A DNA stretch of 64,000 nucleotides from Lepidodermella squamata. Lineage: Eukaryota > Animalia > Gastrotricha. The position numbers and the translations under genes are program-made. The stretch is taken from assembly GCA_047495785.1 (NCBI GenBank), contig JBLDXI010000045.1:496001-560000 (forward strand), written 5' to 3'. Positions within the stretch are counted from its first letter, which is position 1, and every line of letters starts with the position of its first letter. Shown one piece after another: positions 38,779-51,700 of this stretch. Below the pieces are notes generated by a model. The model did no database searches. It was not told the origin of the DNA and saw nothing but the letters and a program-made list of their open reading frames with translations.

Positions 38779-41700
38779 ATGTCCTTCGTCGACAGCTTTT
38801 GGGTAAAATTCCAGCTTAATTCACCTTCATAATTTACTATTTGTATTTCCCGAAGAATGACAATGGTTTCGAAGTAATAATTCACAACTTCAAAGATGGA
38901 ATTTTGGCCTCGAAAGAGCTCAGTGACCTGACCTCTGCAACGTAATTTGTCATCACCATTTCCGACTGAAATGTTAACTCGAAGTTTGCCATTACAGGTC
39001 TTCGTTGCACGAGATGTCAGGTTACAGCTTTCGTAAGTTGGCCTCAATCAAATCAGCAGCCGCTGTGGGGTAACTTTTTTCCCGGCGACAATTGTTTTGA
39101 TTTTAAGATTGGTCTCACGCAGGACTTTTTCACCCCTTTGGATAATGCTGAAAACCTATGCTGAACACATGTCAGCCCAGTACGCCGAGACCGTGAAGCG
39201 CTTTCACGATCTGAAGATTCGAATTCAGAAATACGAGGAACAACAGCGCGAGAAGCAGCGGCAGGTGAAATCCGCGGAGGCTCCAACCGAGAAAATCCTC
39301 CGAGCATTTCGCGATCAAAGTCAGAACCTTCATGATTTGAAGAAGGACTACCACGCTAAAGTGCAAGAACTTGATAAGGCGCGACGTGCTGAGCCTGCTC
39401 CCGCACAGAAAGACGTAGAAAAGGTTCGTATATCAAATTTAAGGACACTTGGGGCGTTAATTAAATTTTCTACTTTTTTCGTAGCTTGAAGCTCGCGCAA
39501 AGCGGGCTGCGGAGGATTATCAGCGCGCAATTGACCGATTCAACAAGACACGAGACGAATACGAGGCGAAAATGACTGAGTCGTGCTCGGTAAACGCCCG
39601 CCGCTCTCGTTAATAAGCTTTATCGATTTACCGTTTCGTTTTTTACGTCATAGCGCATGCAAGAGATAGAGGAAGCTCACCTGGAGCAGATGAAGGAATT
39701 CATCAGCGAATACTTTGCCGTACTTGGAAATGCTCGTGAAGGTGCTGATAAGGTGAGGCGATTTTCAGACTAATTTCCGTAGTAATTTTTGACATGAGAA
39801 TAATGAGAAAATTTAAAATTACGACGAAAAAGGCCGAAAAGGATGCTATTTCTAACATGGCTGGCTTGACAAAGCAGAAGCTGATCGAAATGTTCGTCAT
39901 CACAAAGAGAACTGGCTCAGAGAGACCAGGTATTTTTGCACAATCGAACCTTTCATGTTCATAAAATTTGTTTCCATAGCTCCTGCAAGATTTGAGGATC
40001 CCCCTAGCCTATCGACCGGATCATTGATTTCGCTTAGTTCGCCTGTCGTTTCTGAAAAGTCTTTTTCCAATCCTCAGCCGCAAAGTTCGTCTTTCAGCCT
40101 CTTCGGATGGGGCAAGTCGAAACAGCAGAAGCAAGCAGCAAATGCAGATCAAATGTCGACCACTGGTAGTTTTGAAGCTCAGTCGTCATCGGGCGATGCC
40201 GATAATTCAAGGTCTTTATTTAAAATCTCGGAATCTTGATTGGAAAATTGTTATTTCAGCAATATTGTGTCCCCTGAGAAGCAACCTCAAATAGTGGACC
40301 TGTTGGATTTGGATGACAATGATAGTCCGACAGCTAATGCAAATAAGAAAGGCAGCGATAGCGAAAGCAGTTTCGACGATTCAGATTCGGACGATGAGTA
40401 CGACAATTTTCAGAACAACCTTCGGGCCATAAGAATCAAGGACAAAAGCGAGGTGGAGAACAATAATAACGGTGCTGCTCCAGATATATCTCAAATTATG
40501 CTTGGAATGACGCTAAATCGTTCATCAATCACTGATACAGCCGATTCGAGACGTAAACCAAGGAGTAGTCGGTACGTAGTATCTTCGAATTTGTCAAGTT
40601 TCTATTATTGTTTTTTACCAGGGGTACGACTAGCTTTGAAGACATTGACTCCCCTAGCACAGGCAGCAAGCCATCGGAATTCAGCCCAAGCAGTGAAGAT
40701 CCGTTCGCTTCTTCGCCAGCTGCAGCACCTCCAGTTGCGCCATCGTCAGCGATTCCGTTTAACAAACCTCAGCAACCAACACCTCTTTCAAACTCTATCG
40801 ATTCACTGGAAATATTGTCACTCTACAACAACTCGCCAAGCCAGGCGGGGGCGCCACCACCCGTTTCCGGTCGGCGAACTGTGACACCCGGTTCAGTGCC
40901 TTTGCCTCCATTGTCGCCGGTTTTGAACCTGTCAGAACAGCAAAGGCAAACACCTCCTCCAGTTCCAGATCGAGCTCCGCCACCTCCTCCTCGCCGTATG
41001 TCAGCGCAACCTGTTGTCGACCTCACACCCGCTCCTGCAGTGCCGCGGCGAAATATCCCGGAGACTCCAAGTCCAGTCCCACCGCCTTTAACTGCTATTC
41101 CCGAGGTGAATTCTTCGTCAAATCTTCAGGACTTGGTTCAACGCAAAGAAGAGACGGAAACAAAATTGAAGCCTGTTGAAATTAAGTCAATATCAAGTCC
41201 TGCGCATCCTACAGATTTACCGGTAACTTTTTGATTTCACCATGAGTTATAAAAAGTTTCGTGTTTAATTTAGGTTATTGGTCGTGTATTTAATTCAAAT
41301 GTGTCCAGCGCTCGCTCTTCCCCAATTCCTCGACAACCTGTTCCAGCAGCAAGGCAAAGCGCAGACGATCTAGTTTCTAGTATCCCGAAGGTGTCGATTA
41401 TCGGAGAAAGCAAGAAATCTGATCGCGTCGAAAGCAGGCGCGAAAGTGGCCCTGCTTCGATATCAGTGGATACCCCTCTATCTACTCAAGCAAGTGGTAG
41501 CGTTCTTCCTATTTCGCTGGCTTTCGAGGAGACTATTGATGCTGTTACAAATGGCCTCGACAGCTCGCAATGTATGGGCTTAAAAGTTTCAGGTCGACTG
41601 AAGATCAGCTTCCCCATTGACGTCGCGCGCAAGCTTGTTGAAGCAAAGGACACAGCTTACCCGATGAAGTTTCGTGTTTCGCCTGTCATTGGCCTTGAAC

Positions 41701-42399
41701 TTCACCATCATAAGCAACTAGTATCACAAACACCGTAATTTCAGTTACTTCTTTTTCAAAAGGATGTTAACTAAAGTTCTGTTTAGATCAGCATTGGAAG
41801 ACTCAACCGGTTACGAGTTTAGAATGACGCCTCTCGGTGATTATTTGGCGAAAATGATGAAGTTACCCGAACGTTCGCAGGCAGAATCGTTCGATATCGA
41901 TATTTTGAAGTATAAGCTTCGGCGAGAAGATAGCCTTCACGCCTGCCCGGTCGCAGCTTCTTTCAAAGTTCAACAGGCTTTCGGCAGTGAGGCTCCACAA
42001 GGCAAAGCAGCCGCTCTTCATCTTGCGTTGCGCCACCGCGGAACATCAACCTGCCCGGCTTTTATTAGAAACTTGTCTGTAACGGCGATGTTGGAGAACT
42101 TGCTGACCATCGTGGCCAAACCTACCCCTGCCACGGTCGAAAAACAAGAAGGCAAAGTTATATGGCAACTTCCAGACCTTACGCCGTCATCCCCGGATTA
42201 CGTCATCGACGCTGATCTGCGGTTTAAAGGAACAACTTCATCGCAATTCGCCGCTGCGCCTGTTTCTTTAGGCTTCGAAGCAGAAGGCTATTCCTTCAGT
42301 GGCCTCAAAGTGGACATAGTTTCCTTTGCACATTATCGCATATCGCATGTTACGAAAAAATTTAAAGCTGGGCAATATATCATTGAGCCTGAAGCTTGA
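38779..42399 (+). CDS. FCHO: FCH domain only protein (F-BAR + Pro-rich linker + mu-homology domain)
   Basis: The F-BAR start is MSFVDSFW-NDNGFEVIIHN...SKELSD, followed by an F-BAR end ..TGSERP and a Pro-rich linker. The muHD runs from LPISLAFEETIDA to YRISHVTKKFKAGQY. Multi-exon. Confidence 0.82.
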
Positions 42400-42769
42400 T
42401 CATTTTGATCCTGGTGATGAGATTACTTTGAGTTGACCGAATAAAATATTTCGAATCGCTAAATATAGCCCGTGGTCTTTCAGTACACAGTGAACGCTCA
42501 AACATTCTGGATTCGACGTACACTTTATAATGCGAGTTGAACAAGTTTTAGATTGACAATGGCTGCGTGATAAAAACAAGGCGGCGCGTTTTATACAATT
42601 TTAATCAGGTGTGCCATAAGAAAATATATTAACCAAAATTCTCTGTTTTGACAGCAAGACAACAGCTATCGGAGGAGTCTTTTATCGAACTGTTCAACTG
42701 CACCATCGCTCTATTAATTTTACCCTTGTCTACCTTCAGATGAATGCTACGACAGCACGTTGATAAAAG

Positions 42770-45463
42770 ATGATTTTAGCTATTGCAATGTCTTCTTTCC
42801 TGGGCATAGCCGTTTGCTCAGCGACGAATGAGTGGATTGCTAGGCCCGAATTCGCAGACCGAATACCGGCAAACCTTAACCCAGTTTTCAACGGCGTTGT
42901 ATCATCTAAAGCTGAATGTCTTGGCCGTTGTGATATGAGTGGGGACCTTTGCAGCAGCGTCGCTTACAGCGAAAGACTGAAGTCTTGCCAGATGTTCTAC
43001 CATCCAGGTTTAGCTACCCCGCTTCCTGCGCTGAAACAGGACCCAGTTCAATCTCATCAGATGTATTACAAGGTAAGGAGACCCTCTTACAAGATACTGA
43101 TTTTTCAATTGGTATTTTCTCAGCGCTTCTTCTGCCCAGTTGGGTGGGAAGCTGACATTTCAGCCCGTAGATGTTACTACCTCGGCTCCGATGCTTTGAC
43201 AAGACCAAACGCATGGAAGGTTTGCGACGAGGCGATGTTATCTGAATTGGTAGCCTTTCAGACAGCCGATGATCGGTCCAGTTTGTATAAGGTATCTGTC
43301 CAAAACTTTCCCAAGGGCTTTTAGCCATTCCTGTCCCCACAGATATTGAAGGAATATCCAGATGTCTCTAAATGGTGGACAGGTTACGCCATGTTTGATG
43401 ACAAAATGTGGCCGCGGCCTGTTGAAGGTAAATTCAGACAGGGTTGGATCCAGCCTTACTTACTAGCATCATGAATCCTAGAAATTCCGGGCTACTTGAA
43501 AAGACGTGGTGATTGTCCCGGTAATGATCTGCTAGCCGCTAATTTGGCAATATCTCTAAAAGACTGCATTGCTAAATGCGACCGCAGTTACCAAGATAGA
43601 TGTGTTGCCATTGAGTACTTCCCTACAGCTGGAGAATGTGCTCTGAAAAGCGCGTCATGCGAAAACCCGTTAACTGTTGCAAATGACTACAATACGGTAT
43701 GGCTGTATGAGAAAATCCGCGGCCGGCCAGCCTCGCGTCTTCCAGCAAAAGATTGCAGCGAATGGAGCACAATAGTAGCAAAAACGGTTGGATCAAATTG
43801 GCAGTGTCTCCAACTGTGTCGAAACTACCCTGGTTGCATCGCATTCTCGTTTCAGAACTCTACGTCATCATGCACAGTCAGGTCGAAGTCTTGCGTTCAA
43901 AAAAGCAACAACGTTGGAGTTGCGTTTTACGATATGGGAGAAATATCAAATGGGATCTGTCCTTTCGGGATACGGTACCACGATACTTGCTTTATATATC
44001 AACGGTCGCGGTTGGACTTTCCAACTGCGCATGTGGGGTGTAGGGCACTCGGTGGTACGATGTTCAAACCAATCGAAGCGAGTCAAAAGGCTGCCTTTGC
44101 GAATTCAATGTTTTACTCATTCGATTCATCTCAACAACCAACTTTTTACCCGATTTATGTTGACTTGACTGATAGCGATGTGGAGGGTACATTCAAAAGC
44201 TACTACGACGGCCTGTCGTTCTCTAATCCAGCATATGATATGTTCACTGCAGGGTAAGTCCTCACATCTCTATTCGTATGACTCGGTTGAATTCACTGTA
44301 ATGGCTAGTGTTATGAACGGAGGGACAACGATGAACTGCGTCATTGCTGATGATCCTACTATCTCAATGAAGGATACAGCATTAAGAAACACTCAGTGTA
44401 ATTTTCAAATCAACACGATCTGCGAAACTCGTATTTTCACCAATTTGATAAGAAAAATTACTTATTTGTCCTTCTACAGCCATTTCGCAGTCCTGGCCCT
44501 CTACATGCCGATTTACGCCGCCTGGCACCGAATATATGGGGACACAAGCAAGAACAACCTCCGGGGCGCTGTGTAGACAGTGGAGCGATACAATTTACGG
44601 CTCTTCTTCGAGTTGGCGAAATTTCCCTGATTGGGACTTGGATCACGGTTTTTGCAGGAATCCTGACCAGTTCAATATTTCCGACTCTGTGTGGTGTATT
44701 CGCGATGACAATGGCCTGGCCGAATCCTGCGACGTGCCTATTTGCCGTAAGAACCAATCGTCTCATTTCATCTTCATGGCATTTGTTTTCGTTTTAGCGG
44801 AAAGTGATTGGGCCGATGGTCAGGTTTTCAACGATTACACCCAGCCATACGCTGCTATAACTTATTCCCCACAATCGGAAGACGATTTTGACTGGACGAC
44901 GGAGAGTTTGACTCAAACCGCGAATCCGTTGTGTAGCTTGTCAATGGATGACTGTTTGTTTAAAAGCAATCTAGATATCAATGTTTTTTAGAGGCTTTCA
45001 TTTCAAGGGTGCCCGTACTATTTTAAGGGCAGCTGCTACAAAATTTATCAAATCCCCAAGTTTTACGATGAGGCAAACGCTATTTGCAGCAAGAATGGTT
45101 GGCAGCTAGTGATCATAAATTCGAGAGAAGAGCAGCAATACTTAGCTGGAATATACATGAGAATAGGTGGTAAGTCATCGCACTTTCTCTAGGCTTGAAT
45201 TACCTTTTTTAACTACTGCCATAGTGAATTATCAAGCTCCAATGTTGGGGTATTTGATTGGAGCAAGTGGCAATGCAACGACTGGACTTCTGTGGTCGAA
45301 TGGAGACGCATTGACATACACGAACTGGGAGTCATTGCCACCTTCACTCAGTGCAACTCAGACCTGTGTTACTGTCGGACATTTCAATTATGGGGCAACA
45401 TGGTCTGACTCACCGTGCACTTACGCGAGGGCATGGTTTATCTGCGAATTGGGACTGGGCTAA
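42770..45463 (+). CDS. Secreted mosaic lectin: PAN/apple domains, C-type lectin domains and a kringle
   Basis: Signal peptide; PAN patterns (C..RC....C.S.....C); CLECT motifs (CPVGW..CYY, WSNG..LTYTNW..CV..W.D.PC..FICE); kringle (Y.GT..TTSG..C.QW..CRNPD..WC..CDVPIC). Exact exon boundaries are tentative. Confidence 0.8.
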
Positions 45464-45705
45464 GGCAATGGAGCCGTCCGTGTAGGATCCATCTATTCAG
45501 CGAAAAACAGGATCAGACTATTAAGTCAAGTTCAGATGTTGTCATAATGTTACTTTCTAAATACCCTGACAATTGACAATTTTATAAATTTGAATATTTT
45601 GCAATAAACAGACTTACTCATTGATATCATGAAATTTCATATCTTCAAGATATGGTATCCTTGAGCTATGAGCTGTGAAAATATCGTCATGATAAAGTTT
45701 TTGAT

Positions 45706-46917
45706 ATGCGACTACGGCAGTTTTTTGTTTTACTATTGAACACCCAAGTTCCAATATGGGCTGAATGGCTAACCGGGACAGCGTCGAATCAGCGGACATA
45801 TTTCCTGAATGAATCCTTGAATGGTTTTACCAGGTTTCAGCAAATCTGGACATGCCCGTTGCCTCAATTATCGTCAGCATTTTCTCAGCAGCCGCCCGAA
45901 TACGCCTTCGAGCCTTTGGTTTTTAACTCAACGGTTTTTGTTTTAAGCCGCTCAGGACTTCTTCTTGTAATAAGCCAAGAAAACGGCGACTTAATTCGGC
46001 AACAGAACATCTCCAGGAATGCTTCAGAAATGTTTGAGCAGCCAACAATAGCAATTGAAACTGTGCCAGCCACGCTTTATACCCGAAGTTCTATGATTAA
46101 TGGGACGATTTCCATATTCGCAATCTCCTTGGCTGACCTCCGGGTGATCTGGATTTCCCAGTTTCCATCGCCACCACAATATCAGTATTCCTACGGGCCA
46201 CTGCTGAGAGCCGATTTGAACACCTTATACTTCCGCCTGAATGATTCAACGTTAGCTGCTCTTGATGTGGTCGACGGTAGACTGAAATTTACAGCCCAAG
46301 TAAAAAATGGTCTAATCGGTTTATCTAGTGATTTGAAAGCAATTTACGTATCTCAGCATGGAGCCTTGACCGCTCTAGACCCAGTTAACGGTAAAGAAAT
46401 TTGGAACTCTATACTTCCTGTGGGGTCCGATTACTTATTCCAATGGATGCCGCTACTGCTACCAACTCAAATCCTTGCAACCCAATCAGTTGCTACATCA
46501 ACCATGCGTTTGATGGGTTTGGAGTTTGACAGTGGTTCGGTTAAGTGGTTTACCCAACTATGTGATTGGTTCCACCCAAATAACACACTTATCCCTGCAT
46601 CGGATGGCAATTTCGTCTATTTGAAATGTTTGCCGACGATGATAAGCATTTTCGATACTAAAGGCGACTCTGTTGGACGATTTTTCTGTCACGGAGGGCC
46701 CGATTTCACTAGTCCGCCACTCCTTTTCCTGGATCACCTCATTTTGTTGCAGAAGAATGGTATCGTAGCGTATGATACGCAAAAGCAATCCAATCCGCCA
46801 GTATTCTATCAGTTCAATACGAATTCGACCTTCAATACAACCATTTCTTACAGCAATAGGACGTTTTTCGTGCTGAATAACGACTACAACGTATTATCAG
46901 CGTATCAACCACTGTAA
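45706..46917 (+). CDS. Secreted PQQ-like/BamB-like beta-propeller protein, intronless
   Basis: Signal peptide and repeated motifs LAALDVVDGRLKF, LTALDPVNGKEIW and GLEFDSGSVKW. Confidence 0.72.
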   Translation: MRLRQFFVLLLNTQVPIWAEWLTGTASNQRTYFLNESLNGFTRFQQIWTCPLPQLSSAFSQQPPEYAFEPLVFNSTVFVLSRSGLLLVISQENGDLIRQQNISRNASEMFEQPTIAIETVPATLYTRSSMINGTISIFAISLADLRVIWISQFPSPPQYQYSYGPLLRADLNTLYFRLNDSTLAALDVVDGRLKFTAQVKNGLIGLSSDLKAIYVSQHGALTALDPVNGKEIWNSILPVGSDYLFQWMPLLLPTQILATQSVATSTMRLMGLEFDSGSVKWFTQLCDWFHPNNTLIPASDGNFVYLKCLPTMISIFDTKGDSVGRFFCHGGPDFTSPPLLFLDHLILLQKNGIVAYDTQKQSNPPVFYQFNTNSTFNTTISYSNRTFFVLNNDYNVLSAYQPL

Positions 46918-47314
46918 ACCAACAGTTCAGTGACCAGGCTAATAAAACTTTTCCGGTATATTACATTTTATCATGTTGGATGAGCTTTTATCAGTACTTC
47001 CAGCCATGGAATGATCACCGCATCTGCTTATAGCGGGTATATGCACGGATATATGACCAAACGAGAGGCTGTTTCTTTCAGAGCAATAAACTTGTTTACC
47101 TATTTGCTCAAGGTAGATAGTTCCGGGACCATTTTGAGTCGTTGTATAGGTGAGTGCTGCCGCTGATGTAGAACGAAAAGAGAAATGATAGGCGGGTAAA
47201 AGCCAAATGCTGCGCACAAACATTCTAAGTAATAATAAGTAATGCCGCAATGACATTATTACAGAAATCATGTGCTGCATCTGCAATTCTGCGTGAGTCA
47301 AAAGTTCTGAACCA

Positions 47315-48696
47315 ATGATTTTCGATTTCCTCTCTTCAGTTTTCTCGTGGTTGTTAGGTTGGGTTCAGGCAGTCTGTCAAAAGACGAACACGATTTCGGG
47401 GAGAACGAGTGGCTATATTGTAAATCAAGGCTTCCCTGAGTCTTATCTGAATGATTCGCGGTGTGCATGGCAGGTTACAACCAAACCAGGAACTGCCATC
47501 AGGTAAATATCAGGCCCTTGAACCTCGAAATAAATAAGCAAATTCTTATGTTTGTTAAGGTTTCATCTGACGATTTATCAGCTTGAACTATGCTCGGGCT
47601 GCTCTTGCGACTACGTCGAGATTTACGATGGACCTTCGTCAGAAAATTCTCGCCTGCTGATTCGAGGCTGCAAAGCGGATTACACGGATACCTTCACTAC
47701 GACTTCGAATTTCGGTTTCGTTTATTTCCATACCGACAACTCGAATGAAAACAGCCCATCTGCTAAGTCTAAAAGAGGCTTCCATATTCACTTTGAAGAA
47801 AGTTAGAACCTCAATTTGATTAGGGAAGCTTCAATATTTCCTCATTTACAGTCGCAGCGCAACCTGCAGAAGACGAACTCCCAATCTTAGCCGAAGGTAA
47901 AGTGAAACAGTAACCTTCATAGAATATAGAACCATTGCTTTTTCACAGCCGAGTTGAGCGGAAAATTATGGACTGAGCAATTTTTGTTTGGCGAGCGGCT
48001 TACAAGTTGGCGAGACGACTTGAAAGACTCAATAAGCCCGGCATTTTCTGAAACGAAAGAACTTTTCGAGAATGCGGTAAGTTCTGCCAATGCGTGGCAA
48101 ACAGGCTCTTATTGCGATGAATTTAGCTAAAACTTATCTATCGACAAGCTGGACTGAACTTCACGAGCATTGAAGTGCTTCATTTCGTGAACCACGATAC
48201 CGGCGAAACAAATAAAACGGTTGCCGAGTACATTTCTGTGATCAAACCATATCGCTTGTTTGCCTCAAGCAGCAGCCAACAGTCATCGAATTCTGACGAA
48301 AATGCAGCGAGTGCTGAATATGACATTGATGCATCGCTGGACACAGCGATTGCGGTGCTTCATCAATCGGGTGTATTCTATCACATGTTTAGGGATGGTC
48401 CGATTAATGACGTAACGCAGTTTACTCTCCGCGTTCCTTCAAATCACGGTGCGTGCATTAAACATTTTGCTGTAATGCTTACTTGCTGTTTTTCCTCTTC
48501 GCAGAGAAATGGTACACTCGACCAGTCACTATCACTGTCGGTTCTTTGATTGGATTGAGTGTTTTGATCGGGGTTTCTTTTGGACTGTAAGTTAAAATAC
48601 TAACTTATGCAAGTTATAATGACATCCGAATTCAATTTTTGTTTCAGCTCTTGGCTTTTAAAACACAATCATCGATTTCGATTACTGATGGAGTGA
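47315..48696 (+). CDS. CUB domain + SEA-like region + TM receptor, paralog 1
   Basis: CUB motifs GYIVNQGFPESY...CAWQV, CSCDYVEIYDGP and FHTDNS...GFHIHF. A TM exon at ~48505-48587 is followed by a short tail ending FRLLME*. Confidence 0.72.
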
Positions 48697-48790
48697 TATT
48701 ATTATCCAATCGCTAGAGTATTTATTTTGATTTGAATTATTAAATTCAAGCAATAATTCAAACATGATAATGTGGTGATTGCGACATAAT

Positions 48791-51700
48791 TTACAAAATC
48801 ACACAGCCTTTCGATGAGTTCTTCGAAGCTTTCAACTTCTCTTGGTATTCAAGAATGGCCTGTTTCGCCAGTTGTTGCATTTCTTCGCCCAAGCTTGTCA
48901 ACGAGGCGCCTCGGGCTACCAAGACTTCCAAAACAGCCCCATTACCAGCCAAAGCCGCTTCAATAAGGACTGTGTTACCGTTCGATCCGATTGCAGATAT
49001 ATTTGCCCCTTTATCCAGCAGCATAGCAGCAGACTGTGGTTTGTTGCCCCTAGCCGCTATTACCAACGCTGGGTCACCGTTGCTGTCTTTCTCCTCTGGA
49101 TTTGCGCCAGCGCCAATGAGAATTTCGATTCCAATGCTGGAATTGTTTTTCACCGCTACTAGCAACGGAGTATAACCTGCCTTGTTTCTCGCTTGTATAT
49201 CTGCTCCTTTTTTCAACAAAGCTTCAACTATAGGCCGAGAGCTACCAGCAGCTGCGAAGTGAAGCGCCGTGTCCCCATCTCGATCAGTCTCGTTCACATT
49301 TGAGCCGCGATCAAGCAGCCATTCCACTATTGAAACGACATTGCGGGTAGCAGCAATCATAAGTAGTGTTTGGCCTTTATCGTTTTTCAGCTGAGTGTCG
49401 GCTCCTTGTTTCAGCAATAAGGCTACTATTTTTTCTCGACTTTGCCTTACCGCCTGGAAAATGGCTGATTCATCGGAACTGTCGGTTTCGTTGATCTCAG
49501 CTCCGTGATCCAGCAGAAGCGTGACTAGCTTTTCGCTGCCACTTTTTGCAGCAAGGATTAGGAGAAGCTCTCCGTGCGTACTTTTATCTGTTAGCTTCAC
49601 CCCTGAATCTAAGAGGAGTTCGACGACATTGTCATGGCCGTACCTGGTCGCGAGAACCAACGCTGTTTCGCCGTCATTGTTTGTCTCATTTAGCAAAGCT
49701 CCGCGTTTGAGCAGAAACTCGGCAACTTTTCCATGACCATTCGATGCCGCTCGAAGAAAGGCTGAATATCCTTCCTCATTCCGCGCTCGAACATCTGCGC
49801 CTTTCGACATCAAATATGTGACGCAGCCCAAATGTCCTCCACCAGCTGCGGCAATCAGAGAATGGCTTCCGCTGTCGATTTTCTCGCCCGGCGAAGCTCC
49901 GTTGTTGACCAAGTATTCCAAAATATGTTGCTGGCCATTGGCTGCTGCGTCAACAAGCAAGTCGTCACTCACTTTCAAGGCCTCTTTTGGGTCGTCGAAG
50001 CTGTTTCTCAACAAGTAGTCTAGCAAAATCAAATGACCAGTTACCGCGGCCGCTCTGAGAATGTCTCTAGAGTTAAGCTGACGAGCCATTGCAGAGGAAT
50101 CGCCATTTTCTTCCTGACTGCAAAGTTCATCAAAAGCTGAATGGATTATATGCTCAAGAAGTCCAGCAATCAAGTCGAATTGGCATCTTTTGAGAAATGA
50201 GATTAGGGTCCATATCGAAGAATGAGGCTGTTCATTCGAACCAAATTGGCTCTCTAGCTCCAAAATCACTCGAACTCTCAGTTTACCCAATGCCTTTTGC
50301 TTCCGGGTCGCATTGGAAATTTTAGTGATCGAGTCAGCAATTCCGAATTCTTTCGCCGCACGATCAACACAAGATTCGTGTAAAATCTGATGGATTGAGG
50401 CGATCTTTCCGAATAGAGAGTCTTCCTCCATTCGAACTAGCGATAGTCTTTGAAACTGAACGCAGAATTCATCAGCATCAGCTTCAGTTGAGTTCCAAAA
50501 ACGGGCTAATATATTGCAGGTCAATGCTTCTGCAGGGTTCAGAAGAATGAAGACATAGTATCTAAGTCGCATTTCTTCGTCCAGAGATTCCAGAGCCAAC
50601 TCGAAGAGTTGAGCGGCTTTCTTCTCACCAACGCTCAAATCGCCGAGCCGCTTTTTCTCAACAAGATTCTTGTAGGTAGCATTGTAGTCTGCAGAGTTTT
50701 TGAATTGGCAGCCAATAAGTCCAACAATCAATGGCAAGCCACAGCAGCTGTTTGTCAGTTGTTTCAATTGTTCATTGTCGAGACGATCTTTCAACTTGAA
50801 ATCTGTGTAAAAAACCTCTGTGATTTGTTCGTTTGACAGGTAGCCGATGGAATGTGGGTTTTTCACATCATCGAGTTTCAAATAAGGGTTGAACGTCGGC
50901 TGCTCGGTAAATATTGAAGCAGAACGGGTAATGACGCAGCAAATCGCCTCCTGGCACTCCATTCGGAAGGTGTCAAGAATAGAAACGGCGAATACGTCGT
51001 CTAGGATGAACAAAATCCTCTTCTTTTTGGTGGCAAAGTGACGTACCATCTGGCGCAAGGAGGCGAATCCTTCTATCATCTCTTGGTCAGCTTTTTTGCC
51101 CAAATCTTTTGTTAGGGCATTTAGAAATTCTTGCTTTGTTCTTCGATCAGTAAGACCACTTCGCCAGTCATAACAGTTGAGCCAGATCATCATTTGAATG
51201 TTGCAATGCCGTTGAAAAAACACTCTGTGATTTGAATCGCGCAACACATGGGAGATGAGCATCGATTTCCCGATACCGCCGCTGCCCTCGATGACGAAAA
51301 ACCCTGCGTCTAAATGCAATTCCCCAGTTGGATGAGATGAAATGTCAAGTTAAAGCCTACCTGTTTCTTTTTTGTTGCAGAGAGCACGAAGACCGCATCT
51401 TATGCCATGTTCTTCTTCTGAGCGATTAAAATAGTAGTCGAACTGAGGGACATCAAAGAATCTAGAAATTTTTGGTTGTTCGCACCATAGACTACACAAT
51501 CTGTTGGGAACTTACTCAATGTTGGCTAAGTCTGAATTGTCGCCTTGCTTAGCCAGCAGCTGTGACTGGAACGAATCGACAATTGAACTTTTATTAATCT
51601 TGCGCGGGCTTTCGATTTTGCTCTCATTCCATTTCGATTTCCCTAACATCTGATCCATCAGCTCTTTCGCTTTTCGAGGCAATCCTTCAGTTTGACTGAC

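Noticed and set aside
48842-50836. Plus-strand ORFs opposite the ankyrin/NB-ARC exon
   Set aside because: These are antisense shadows of the real coding frame. The same applies to similar shadow ORFs across the window.
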